This document shows, piece by piece, positions 1-12,745 of a DNA stretch of 64,000 nt (its first letter is position 1; each line of letters starts with the position of its first letter). The translations under genes were made by a program, and so were the position numbers. The notes beneath the pieces were generated by a model. That model was not told where the DNA came from and did no database searches. It saw only the letters and a program-made list of their open reading frames with translations. Source of the stretch: the human T2T-CHM13v2.0 reference genome, Homo sapiens. The stretch lies in NCBI RefSeq assembly GCF_009914755.1, contig NC_060927.1. One strand, given 5' to 3'.

Positions 1-360
1 CATTTGCCCACATTTCATGTCCTACTTTCTCACGTGAACCCTGTACTTCAACCAGATCTGCTGCATATGCCTCCTATCCCTTCCAGCAAGTCATGCTTGC
101 TTTAGTATTGAACCTTTGCTCATCCTATGCCTTTAACACTCTCCTCCATCCTGTCTGTCTGTATTCCCAACTGCCATTGGTTCTTCAGGTTCCAGTTTTA
201 TTCGTCTCCTGTGTAGAGATCCCCTGGTATATTCTAACTTTAAAAAATTCCTTTCCTTACCATTTTGACATTTATTACATATTATGCTACTATTATTTAG
301 CTTTGTGTGTTTGTGTATGTGATCACCCAACTAGATCTCATCAGCTTTAAGAAAGCAGTA
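1..360 (+). mobile_element. L2 3' region fragment, interrupted by the Alu
   Basis: Pyrimidine-rich, with L2-like CCTTTGCTCAT..TGCCT and ACTAGA motifs; very diverged. Confidence 0.45.
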
Positions 361-376
361 ACTATTATAATAACTG

Positions 377-681
377 TTTTGTTGTTGTTGTTGTTTCATA
401 AGATGGAGTCTTGCTCTGTTGCCCAGGCTGGTGTGCAGTAGTACAATCTTGGTTACTGCAACCTCCGTCTCCCGGGTTCAAGTGATTCTCCTGCCTCAGC
501 CTCCCAAGTAGCTGGGATTACAGGCATCCAACACCATGCCCAACTAATTTTTGTATTTTTAGTAGAGACAAGGTTTCTCCATGTTGGCCAGGCTGGTCTT
601 GAACTCCTGACCTCAGGTGATCCACCTGCCTCAACCTCCCAAAGTGGTGGGATTAACAGGCATGAGCCAGCGCACCCGGTC
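377..681 (-). mobile_element. AluS (Sx/Sz-like)
   Basis: Full dimer in reverse, CCTGACCTCAGGTGATCC, tail decayed to (GTT)n. Confidence 0.93.
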
Positions 682-782
682 TGTTAATAGTTTTTGCAGT
701 GTTAATGCATAGGAGGTTAGTAATTTCCCAAACAGTAAAAGGCTACATCATTTGCCTTGCTATTCTGTTGGCATATAGGTAG

Positions 783-1103
<321 letters not shown>

Positions 1104-4100
1104 GGTCATTTTTAAAAATAACTTTATTCTTGGTTCAATATTAAGTACTGAAGGGGAGAGGATTTGCAAATCTTTCATCTGCTGTTATAAAGGGCCCATC
1201 TGAACCAATGAATGCTGGAGTTTTCTGTCCCTCCTACCTAGTGTTTTCTTATACTTTTTTTTGGAGAATCCAAACAAATGGACAAATCTGTAATTACTTA
1301 GTAGTTACTATGGTTTACTGCCAAATTATCTAGGGAACTCTTAAGACATGTTTGCCTTTATTACTATATTTAATGTTTTTCAACTGAAAGGCTCTGGGAG
1401 TAATGAGGAAATGCCAAGGTAGGGGTGGGAAAGTGACAAAGAGGTAATTCAGATTTGCATTTCTTTTGAGAGATTTCCATTCTCAGTATAGCTGTCATTG
1501 TAATTTCAGTTAAAGATTGGTGCCTGGCCAGAAATGCCTGTGAAACAGCTGTGGTTTAAGCTTCAACTGTAAAAGACAGACGGGTAATTTTAACAAAAGT
1601 TTTCTCTTTATTCATAGTTTATGTTGCCACTTTCTTTATTTTATATGTGTGTGTATGTGAGTGTATATATGTTCCTGCAGTTATCTTTCTCTATATGAAG
1701 ATATTTTATTTCAGCAGATGATTTAACTAGAGATCAGACTGTCAGTTTATCATTTCTAGGCCTTTAGCCTGTAGTGGACAACAGTGACCTGAGGCATGGA
1801 ATTAATTGGCCAAAATTGCATAACAGTTGGTATAACAACATCATTTTCAGTACTACAAATTGCGTAATGTGTATGAGGCCACTGTTGGGAATAACAGAAT
1901 ATATAGAATGGGAAAGGGTTATGCACACCCAGGACAGGGAAGGCTTTAATTAAATCAACAAGAATTTTTTGACTACAAACACAACTCCATTATATTACAT
2001 GGAGGTAAAAGCTTGGTGATTAAGTTCATTTTATCAACATGTAGTATATAAAATAATGAGTCAAGAAGAAGATAAGAATTGTATCCATGTAAAGATGGAG
2101 AAGTAGTTTTAAAGTAGGAAAAGTCTCTTAAGAAAACTTGCATTATAAAATGGAAATTGGAATACAGTACCTACTGACGAAATGGAGGAAGCCAGCGGAA
2201 GGTTTTGTGGAAGAGTGGGTATTAGAACTCCTAGTTCGTGACCTATACTTGCTTGGGGTCTCAGAAATCATGCTGGCTCTTAAATTAGAAATACAGTCTC
2301 TTTGAAAGCATACATGTAGTTGAAAGCAGTCATTTAAAAATTTGCTTTTTCATTCCCTACCTCCCCCCTTTTTAAGGTATGAAAGCATGAGTATTCTGTT
2401 CTCCAGAGGATGAGGAAAAAATCCTTATTTCCTTTTTCTAGCAGTATGGCTATTTTTGTTGTTGTTTTTACTCTATAAATGGAGAGGCATGTGTACCATG
2501 CATGGTATCATGCCCAGCAGTTTTTTTTTCAGTTGAATGTAATTGTTCCTTAGCAAATAATTGCAGTCCAGAATGACTTTTATTGAGCTTGATTGAATTA
2601 GGGGTATGTATGAAAATGAGTTAGTTAAAGCTTAATCTATTACCCAGAGAATTGATGAAAACATCAGAAAAGCAGTCATTCATGGGGATTAAATATTCTT
2701 CTGTGTAAGTGGGCAGCATCGTTACCTCGGAGTCCCTTCTGCACTGACTAGGTAGTAGTGACATCAGGGTGCAAAACACAGTTTTGGCATACTAGGGGAT
2801 TTTGCAATGACGTGCCTTTGAATGTTATGCTGGACATTAACACTAATTGGGAATCTGCCTCATTGTAGGAGGTGGCACCTCACCTTTTTTAGTATAAAAA
2901 GCTTTTTAAAACAGCACCTCAAGGGGGAGTGTGAGAGCTGTGTCAAAAAGCCAGTTGCTTCAGCGTGTGTCAGTGGTGGTTTAGGCCACATCTGTAAGAT
3001 AGGTTTTTCAGATGCCCTGTTTGTAAGGGACAAATAATATTTAATAGATGGCTGTCCCACCTGCCATTATGAAGTTTCTTAGAGGGAATCCTAAGCTGTG
3101 CCAGATCAGTGCTGGCTAGGACTGGGAGGGGGGTGTGCAGTGTCATGGGTGGGAAGCAGAGGCCTTGAAAAGGGAAAGACAAGTTCCTAGCGAGGCAGTG
3201 GAGCTAATCACCAGGAGTCAGGAAGCCAAGGCTCTGTGGGGGTGATTGGGGGTTGAAAGTAAGCCAAAGTGGGACCCAGAGAACACAGACAGGTACCAGG
3301 TGGCTCAGATGAAAATCTGCCCAGGCGTTGGTCTCAGGGCTCATTCAAGTCACCGTTCTATAGGGTTGTGCTCATACTTAGGGCATTTCCCCCTGCTGGC
3401 CCACCTGCCTTTCTGATACCTCACATCACCACTCATTTCCGTCAAATCAGTACACTCTCTGAAATACTAGTGATTTAAATGCAGACCAGGCTATGCTGCA
3501 ACTGCTTTTCTGAGGCTACTCATGTGGCCATTTGTAATAGCCAGATAAAATTTGGAGTGTTTCTGTTTGGCTGTCAGAGAACTCAAAGGCCTGTGATAGA
3601 CTTATCACAGGCAGGACCCTCAGCCTTGAAACTGATGTCTGCTCTGTGGCTGATTTCCTGGCTTCTTAAGTCTACCATGATTCCTTCGTTATTTTAAGAG
3701 ATTTAAAAAACCCATATTGGGCAAAGCATAGCCAATCTCCTCTCTCACCCCTCTGCTACTTTATCTATAGATAGTTGCATCATGGGTAATAAATTATTGA
3801 ACAGTTATCAAGACAAAGTGCAATTATGGTCAACTTTTTGGAGTATATTCAATTATATTAATAGAAACAAATCTCCAAGGGTACCTGAAGATTAATGAGT
3901 TTATCTTTGAGCTCCTGAAAGAACTTACTTACGTATGTAGGGATGTATAGGGTATTTTATTTCTCAGATAGCATATATTCACTTCTTAAAGAGAAAATCC
4001 TTAAATCAAAATAAGAATGAAACTCACACTGTCAAAATTAATGGTAGACTTTCTTATCCCAATTTTGGCAGTACAAATTATATATATTTTTAGATTATAC

Positions 4101-5554
4101 CAGTTTATTTACTTGACGTTTATTTACAGTTATTTACTTCATGATATTTACTCATCTGTTTCATAATATTTAATGCTTCTTCTGTATACTTTCATAGATG
4201 TATATGAAAAGTATGTGAATGTGATAGTATTATGAGATTTTCTTTAAAAATGTTTTTGATATTTATATGTTGCCTATTTTATAATAATAGACTTTGATAT
4301 TATTTATTTCATCAGTGTTTGGAATTGGCATGCTGCTTTCCTAAACTGTAGTAAAAGCGTAGACGTTTGACTTGAAAGTATTCATATGTGTCCTTTATAG
4401 TTTGCTTCAAAGATCTGGATTTATTCTTTTATCTATGCCCTTGTTTTAAAAAATATGGATGAATGAGTAGTATCTTGCCTGAAGCCACATGAGACCAATT
4501 AATACTTTATTCATTCTTTCCAGCTTTTGTTTTTGTTAATAGCACGGGGTGGCAACTGAGTCATCTAATTCTAGATAGGATTACTCAGATGAATCATTAC
4601 ATATTTTTGATATTTAATGTGAAGAGCCAGTTCTTCCATATCATAGTGGCTTATTAGAAAAAAAAACTTAAGCTAAGCCATAAAATGACTGATATTATAT
4701 TGATAGAGCCATAAGCCAGAAAGTGATATCCAATTTCTACAGTGTGTAGCTTACAGATTTAGAAGAAATATATTGTCATAATCTGCCTAGAGCAGGGAAT
4801 TGCTTCTTTTAGTTGAGTGTGGATTTAGTTTCACCACTGAAGCAGCCTAAATTTGTCTTACAAAGAAACATAAATGATAACTTTTGAATTCTTAGAAATG
4901 ATATGGTTTAGGGATATATATTTGCAGTGTTATTAAAATAAAATATTCCATTTAATTTACATGTACACCATTTCACTGATTTTGATCTTATAATTACTTC
5001 ATCCTTTATCCTTAAAAAATAAAAATTATTTTCTATTTGTCCCCCTCACCCCAGGCTGCTTTCTTGTTTGTTCGTTTTTACTATCTTGCCCTATTAACTT
5101 TAAAATATTTAAAAGGCAAATCATAAGTATTAATATCTGAATCACAGTTTATCTAGTTGAGTGGGGCCAGTCATTTAAAATAACTTGAATTTAGTTAGGG
5201 TGTCGATTTAACCCCATGTTTTTCCAGGGGATTTGCCTGTAATTCTACACTTAATTATAGCCAAAAGGCCAGGAAGTTATTGCCCGTGATTAATTCTTAG
5301 TATGTGTAACCTTAATCTCAGAATTTCCGTTGAATAATTTTAGTGACTGTCTTTTTGTTAAAATTGAAAATAAACACTTTAGGGCCACTTTCTCTAACTA
5401 GCATTGGCATAAGGATATTTGCCTCATGTTGATTGTTTGGCTGGTAATTCATTTTATTTGGAGATTATTTTGCTAAAGAGAATGAGTGTCAGCTTTAATT
5501 TGAAAGGCCTTCCTGGCTCACCATTTTAACTACTTTTCTATGGGTCCTTCACAG

Positions 5555-5628
5555 AATCCTGCTGCATCACAGAAGCTGGAAGTTCTGATGTTCCACTGAA
5601 ATCACAATGGAAAGTCTTGACTTGACTG
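5555..5628 (+). other. BBX: 74-nt internal spliced exon, probably a non-coding 5'UTR exon of BBX (HMG-box transcription factor)
   Basis: Acceptor TTTTAAC..TTTTCTATGGGTCCTTCACAG| and donor CTG|GTAAGA. The exon sequence AATCCTGCTGCATCACAGAAGCTGG...CTTGACTTGACTG matches my recollection of BBX mRNA just upstream of its start-codon exon; gene identity is from memory, not a search. Confidence 0.75.
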
Positions 5629-7414
5629 GTAAGAGCTGTTGTGAAGGTACATCTTACTTACTTACCTGGAAGCAGTGAGGCAGTCAAGAATTATGTGCTG
5701 TCAGAGCTGGTCTCAGCATGATCAAGGAAGTGTGATCATTGGATATTTTTTTCTTGTCAATTTTATTATTTTTTAAAGTGTGACTTTTATTGATCTCCAT
5801 TATCAAGTAAGTTAAATTTTCTTTTAAAATCATGAAAGTGTTAAAACTAGCGGTTTCAAAATCTCTGATTCGTTTCTCCACAGTAGTGCATTATTGGTGA
5901 AAGTCAGTTTTCTAAAGTCCTAGATACTAAGAGGTTATATACCTAAATAGGTATTAAATTGATCTGTTCCCCAAAAGCTGTTTTTTGTACTGCTGTTGGC
6001 TTTAATTGAAAAATGAATCAGTATCGAAGCATTATGGAGTTTTTCTTACCTGTTAAAAATAATAGAGGTGGGTGTAGCTGCATCTTGAAATCACTTTATA
6101 TATGAAAACCACATAATGAAGGAAAAAGTTGAGATTTTAAAATATATACATGTGCCAAATTATATAAAACTCTGAAACTCACAGATACTATAACTGTCCT
6201 TTTATATGTTAGTTATTTTCAAAGCTGTCGTTTTAGGGGAAAAATTTTTTTAACTTTAATGTATGGTAATAATATTTTAAAATTAGTTTTAATAATAATT
6301 ACTTAAATGCCTAGAGTTTTCCCAATCTGGGAATCAGATGTGGGATTGCTTTACTGGTATCTGAATACTTTATGGTGAACTGTTGATTTATAAGACTGAA
6401 GAAACAGTTGTGAATTAAAACGAGCAAATATAGTAAATATTATTTAGTTATAGTTTTCAGGAAAGGAACTTATTCTTTAACTTTTTAATTAAGATTAATC
6501 CAAAACCTTTTCTATTTTAAAGTATATTTGGTAGCTTATTACATCTGTCTAGATTATGTGTCTACCTTCCCCTTTTGGTAACTATATCACTGAATATTGC
6601 TTCTATGATGTCAGTATAAATATAAGGCCTCTGAACGAGTCTCCTAAAAGTCATTGTCTAGGATTGTATACATAGTAAAATGTATATGATTTACTTGAAT
6701 GTGTATTTATAATAGGTCATTTAAACAACAAAACCTTAATGCCAGTGAGAAGATTGGAATTTAATTATTGTTTTTCTTCTTCACTGTGCTATCCTTCAAG
6801 GCACACTTGTTACAAATATTAATACAAATTCTGAACTTAAGAATGTCAGCCAGAATACAGTTAATTATGGTTTTACTGAGTCAGGAGTATAGACTATGGA
6901 ATTTTCAAAAATTGATACTGAAATTTCAAGTATGTTCTCATTTGCTAATCTAAAAGAGAGTTGAGTATGGTGAGGTTTAAAGAAAATGGAATTTGTGGCA
7001 GTATTCTGAATTTGCTAAATATGAATACATATACAAAAAGCAAAGCCGGACACTTTATCTGACCTGTTCAGAAAAACTAAGTAATGAACCAAGATTACCA
7101 TGGCAGACTTCACTAAGTAGCCATCTGAGCAATGATTTCTGAATGTTAATCAGATTATTGCAATAGAGTGTTTTATTGACTATAAGCAGAAATTGACAGA
7201 AATTCACACTGCTGATAAAATTTAAAATGGAACCTTAATTGCAGATGGCTAAGACTGCATACTTTCTAGCTGACCTATATGCTTGTCTTAAATGCAGTAT
7301 TAACTGAGAAATAGAAAAGATGCCATACAAAAACCAGGAGTAATTGAGGAAACAAATCCTAGAAGATGTTACTTGGCAAAAGGATGCCAGGGTTCAATAA
7401 ATCTGGGAAACATA

Positions 7415-7800
7415 TCAGTCAACTTAGTCAATTACATTTCAGTATCAGAAGAGCCTCCAAATCTTAGTGGTTTATGGCAATAAACATTTATTTCTCATTT
7501 ATGTTCATGTCCCTGATTAGTCTCCTGCCACTCCGCTCCGTGTCCTCTTCATTCTTGGACCAAAGCTGAAGGAGCAGTCTTTCTGGCATGTACATGTCTT
7601 GCAGAGGAAAGAGGAAAGAGAAAAGTGATGGAACTATGACTCTTAACAAGGCTGCTTGGAAGTGGCACATGTCATTAACTCTCATATTTAATTGGCTAGA
7701 GCATGTCACAGGGTGAAAGCTGCATCATCTGAGAGAGTGGCCTTGTAAGAGGGGATAGGGAAAGACTGATAGGGAGAAACAGTACATATTTTAACTATTA
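7415..7800 (-). mobile_element. Old MaLR LTR (MLT1K/L-like)
   Basis: CCAAATCTTAGTGGTTT..CATTTATTTCTCA and GGAAGTGGCACATGTCA..ATTGGCTAGAGC motifs. Confidence 0.65.
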
Positions 7801-8649
7801 TATCTGCAAAATACTATCTGCTGCTTTTTTAGAGACAGAATGCACATAATGTATTAAAGATTCCAGGAAGTTCTTCGGTAAATTAATCTGTTTAACATGT
7901 CAAATTGTTTGACCATGAATCCTTTTGTTGTTATATGGAATATTGTCAGTGACAAGTTTTAAGGATACAATTCAAGAGTTTCTTGATGTTTTGAACCTTA
8001 CAACTTTTCCTAAAACTTAGGAAAAGTTTCTAATATGTATAATAGACTTACATTATTCTTTTATAGGTAATTTTAAAGTGAATAAAAATTACTGCAAACT
8101 GGACCCTCTGTAATTTGCATACAGAATTAGAGAAAGGAAATATGATACTTAAAATAATTCTTTTACCTATGTATAATAGGTTACAGAACTTTGACAGATA
8201 TTATCTAATTTGATATAGGATGAGAATGAGGAAATGGGTACTTCGCTTTTTCCAGTAGTAATATATTAATCGTACTAGATATAACGGGAGCCAAATACCT
8301 TTGTCTACTTAAGTTCAATTTCAAGAATCATTCTAGTGATGAAGAATGCAGACACCATAGGGAGCTTAACAGTTGCATCCGGGAGTTTTCTAAGATACTC
8401 TACCTGAGGTCACATTTACTATACAGTGACTTTTGCATTATTATTATCTCTTGAATCTTCTAGAAAATTGTTAGCACATAGAACTCCTCAGCCAATAGTG
8501 GTTTTATTCATCTCACAATATGAAAAAACATTATTATCAAACTTGTGTGGATTAAGATGATTGATTTAAAGATCCAATAGTATATAAACAATGCTTTGTG
8601 ATAGTTTATAGTTCCTTAAGATTGGGAGTAAGGAACATGCTTAGACATC

Positions 8650-9007
8650 TGTATTAGTCTGTTCTTATGCTGCTAATAAAGACATACCCAAGACTGGGTA
8701 ATTTATAAAGGAAAGAGGTTTAATGGACTCACCGTTTCACATGGCTGGGAGGCCTCACAATCATGGCAGAAGGTGAAGGAAGAGGAAAGGCACGTCTTAC
8801 GTGGCAGCAGGCAGGAGAGCACGTGCACGGGGACTCCCCTTTATAAAACCATCTGATCTCTTGAGACTTAATCACCATTACAAGAATGGCATGGAAGCAA
8901 ACCCACCCCCATGATTCAGTTACCTCCCACCAGGTCCGTCTCATGACATGGGGATTAGTACGATTTAAGATGAGATTTGGGTTGGGACACAGAGCCAAAC
9001 TATATCA
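8650..9007 (-). mobile_element. THE1 (THE1C/D-like) solo LTR
   Basis: TGTATTAGTC...AAACTATATCA ends; perfect 5-bp TSD ACATC at 8645-8649 and 9008-9012. Confidence 0.92.
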
Positions 9008-9049
9008 ACATCTGCATATCTTAAAAAAAAATAAGGTTAGAAGGCAAGA

Positions 9050-9275
9050 CACTATAGCAAAACATGGGTTTTGGATTCAGATAAATCCTAGTTTTGGCAC
9101 TTTTTAATTGAAAGCATTTGGGTGATTATATTTGACCTCTCTGAAATGTTGTTTTCTCATTGTAGTATAGGGCTAATGATCTCTACCTTGTAGGATTGTG
9201 AGAATTAAATGAGATAATTGGGTTAATTGCCTGAAAAGAGTCCCTGGCACATAGAAGCACTCAAGAAGTAGTAGT
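9050..9275 (+). mobile_element. MIR
   Basis: MIR core: TTGACCTCTCTG..TTTTCTCAT..CTACCTTGTAGGATTGTGAGAATTAAATGAGATAAT. Confidence 0.75.
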
Positions 9276-9550
9276 TTGAAAAAGAAAGATGTGATCAAAG
9301 TTCAAGAATCTTGATACCCTGTACCATACCTCTGATAGACATCCGACAGTGCATATCTAAAATGTGTTTATGTTTTTAAACACATATGTCCACACACCTG
9401 CCAAGGGTTTTTAAAAAATTGTCCTGAATGCATAAGAACTTAGGCATTCTTCTTTACTTCTACCGGAAATTGGAAGTGGCTTTATCCTTACTGCTGAGAG
9501 AAAGAGTGAGTCCTGTAGAAATATTCGTTACCGCATAATCTAATAATTAA

Positions 9551-9592
9551 CTTCTTGCCACTGGGAATTTGCTTCTTGCCACTGGGAATTTG
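9551..9592. repeat. Perfect 21-bp tandem duplication
   Basis: CTTCTTGCCACTGGGAATTTG twice. Confidence 0.95.
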
Positions 9593-9862
9593 GAAGTCCC
9601 AAGGACAGAGTGATGGTCAGAAGTTCATATACTTTATGGCTTTTACTCTGTATATTAATAAGGTCAGCATTAAGTTGCAAAAAGTATCAAATTTTATATA
9701 ATCTTTAGGCAAGGTACAAGAACAGAAAATGGTGCTACTGAAATTTTTTTCCTCATATAGAGGAAATACTGTTTGGTTTCAGAAGAAATAGACATTTCTA
9801 TTTTAAGATTTTTATGGTGCTGTTCCCAGTGTGAAGGTTTAATTAATTTAGACTCCTTAAAG

Positions 9863-10193
9863 CAGGGGTCCCCGACTTCCTGGGCCTCGGACTGGTACTG
9901 GTCCATGGCCTGTTAGGAACCAGGTTGCACAGCAGGAGCTGAGCACCACCTGAGCTCTGCCTCCTGTCAGATCAGCAGCGGCATTAGATTCTCATAGGAA
10001 CCTGAACCCTACTGTGGACTGCATATATGAGGGATCTAGGTTGCATGCTCCTTATGAGAATCTAATGCCTGATGATCTGAGGTGGAACAGTTTCATGCCC
10101 AAACCATCCCCCCCACCTCCCCTACCATTCGTGGAAAAATTGTCTTCCATGAAACTGGTCCCTGGTGCTAAAAAAAAAACATGGGGACCACTG
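9863..10193 (+). mobile_element. MER1B (hAT-Charlie MITE)
   Basis: TIRs CAGGGGTCCCC...GGGGACCACTG; perfect 8-bp TSD CCTTAAAG at 9855-9862 and 10194-10201. Confidence 0.9.
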
Positions 10194-10489
10194 CCTTAAA
10201 GAACTTCTCTATTGACGTTGTCCCCTTGTACTTTCAGAATCAAGTACAACATAGTAATATCTTTTATGATTCAAAGCCTTATGCTTTTTCTAAAATGACT
10301 ACTTTGTTTAATTTTAAAATAGCACATGTATATAAAAATGGTTTTTTTGGGCCTGGATTAGTCTTCAAATTGTTCCAGGCTGTTCTCTTTATAAATGGAG
10401 TATTTTTGTAACTATTAGTTGCTTATTCACCTGGATTATTGGTAGAGTAAAACCACCTCAAAAAATATAAACTCTGCATCTTTAGAGGT

Positions 10490-10888
10490 TGTATTAGTTT
10501 GCTTGTGTTGCTGTAACACATAAAAAACAAGTGTCAGACTGGGTGGTTTAAACAACAGACATTTATTTTAAGTTGAAAGTTCTGGAGGCTAGAAGTCAGT
10601 GATTAAGATGCCGGAAAAGTCAGTTTCTAGTGAGGTCTGTCTTCCTGGCTTGTACCACCAGAAAGGGCTGCCTTTTTGCTATGTCCTTACATGGCCTTTC
10701 CTCTGTGTAGGCAGCGAGCTCTAGTGTCTCTTCCTCTTCTCATAAGTACATCAGTTCTTTGGGATTAGGGCCCCACCCATATGACCTTGCTTAACTTTTA
10801 TTTCCTCTTTGTAGGCCCTGTCCCATCACATTGGGGACTGGGGCTTCAACATATGAATTTGGAGCGGGACACAATTTCATCTATAACA
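10490..10888 (-). mobile_element. MLT1A/MST-like MaLR solo LTR
   Basis: TGTATTAGTTTGC...CTATAACA ends; TSD GAGGT / TAGGT. Confidence 0.85.
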
Positions 10889-11554
10889 TAGGTTTTTGTT
10901 TTTCTTTACCAAAGAATGAAGTAAAAGTGTTTTAAAAAATACTTTCTACGTGATTTAGTCTATAAACAAGATAATCTGGTTCGTTAACAGTCTTCTAAGA
11001 TTCTAAAAATATCTTTGATACTTTTGAGGAGGGAGACGTTTGAAATTACTGAATTCCTGTTTCTTCCACTTTGAAGTCACCATCCATGAAAATAAGGTTC
11101 TTACAAGTGAAGGAATTAAGTCTAAGAACTTGAAAATTCAAGTGATTTATATGATGGAGGAATTACATCATTATAAAAATTGACTTCCATGTGTATTTAT
11201 TGTTATCTAGGAATACTAGAAATGTATTTGAAAATTAAGTTGAACAAGATAATTACTCTTTTGGGTTATACCTGTTTCTGTTTACTTTATCAAGCCAATT
11301 CACATTTTGTAAGGCAATATTCTTTTACTTTGTGAATCAGTTGAGAATGCAAACAAGGAAATGGCATATACTTAAGATTTTTGGTAAACAGAAAAAAAAA
11401 AGATTGTGTATTTGAAATAATGCCAACAGAAGTCAGGGAGTCCTAAGTCTGATAGATCTACTTAATTATTGTCCTGTCTCCTTACCTGCCTTCTTTCTTT
11501 TTTCCCCTTTTTTCTCTGACATCAGCTTCTAAATTAGGTAATGGATGCTTGAAT

Positions 11555-11745
11555 TTCTCAACCTGCCTTATTTTGTTGTTGTTGTTGTTATTTTGTTTTG
11601 TTTTAGGCTTTTAGCAGCCTGTAGCCATGGTTTTTAGTTTCTGTCTCTAGTAAGCAGAAAAGAGGGCTGAGGAAGGGGCTTTACTGGTTCAACCAGAAAC
11701 AGAAACTAAGAACCCATGACTGAATTCTCTCCCTTGGACACCTAA
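11555..11745 (-). mobile_element. MER30B-like hAT MITE
   Basis: Minus strand reads GGTGTCCAAGGGAGAG...AACAACAAAATAAGGCAGGTTG, resembling MER30-family termini; internal inverted repeat. Confidence 0.6.
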
Positions 11746-12649
11746 GTGCAATGTCTGTATAGTACTTCTTTCTATTATATAGTCTTTTATAACCTGCTTA
11801 GTTTAATTTGCAGTTCTTTTTCTATTAGGTAAGTCAGTTGATGGGTGCTTGGGATTAGTGCTGAGTAAATAGTGCATTAACTTGTGGGATATTGATATAG
11901 GCTCAAATGAACTTTCTTTGTTTCTTTTTTGGACGATTTTTGTCTGTGTGTACATATGTGTTTCTGTGTGTTCTACATCACTAGAATAATTTTAGTTTCT
12001 AGTGATTTGGCATTTGTCTAAAAAATGTAATCAAAAAAGGAAACAAACCTTTTAGACAAATACTTTTATGTAAAAATAATTTTAAATTCATTTGTAAAAT
12101 TTACCAGTTTTTCTGTGTACTTATAGACTAAAGGATATGCTATTCAGCAGTGATATAATTTTAATCAGTTTGTCAGTGTAATTGTTTTGTCCACTTTTGA
12201 TTTCAGTCTTCCCTAAAAGCTATTTATGAAATGACTCAAACTCAAAAACCTTGTATATAAGGAATTTTACCTGTGTATTTCTTCTTAACATTAAGATCAA
12301 TCTAATGATTGTGAAATTCACTAGTTGAGGACAGTATGAATATATTCAGGCATGGCTTCCTGCATTTAATGCTACTCTGAAAGGTGTTGGATCAATTAAG
12401 TATTTTTATATTGAAGTCTGTATTCCCTCTGATCTCTATTATAGAGAAGTGTGTTTTCCTAGGAAAATAAATGGATCTAAGGCGGGGAACTTGCTCATAA
12501 CATTTCTCCTAGGATCTTCATATATTTTAGTGTAAAATATTCATTTACTGGATATTCTATATAAACACATAAACATATGTATATATGTATACATGTAATT
12601 CTTTCATAGAACCTCTTCAAGATGCTACAGGACTTGTTTATGCTAGAAA

Positions 12650-12745
12650 GTTTACTAGAAAGTCTATTTTGTGCATGTCTGTATTCCCAAAATTTAGAAA
12701 TAGCATCTGGTACATAGAAGTTGCTCAGTAAACGTGATGAATTCG
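12650..12745 (+). mobile_element. L2 3' end
   Basis: CTGTATTCCCA..TCTGGTACATAGAAGTTGCTCAGTAAA. Confidence 0.6.

Noticed and set aside
11565-11745. Retroposed small RNA (hairpin plus apparent A-rich tail)
   Set aside because: No adjacent TSD, and the ends resemble MER30-family TIRs, so the A-rich part is probably internal to a DNA-transposon consensus.
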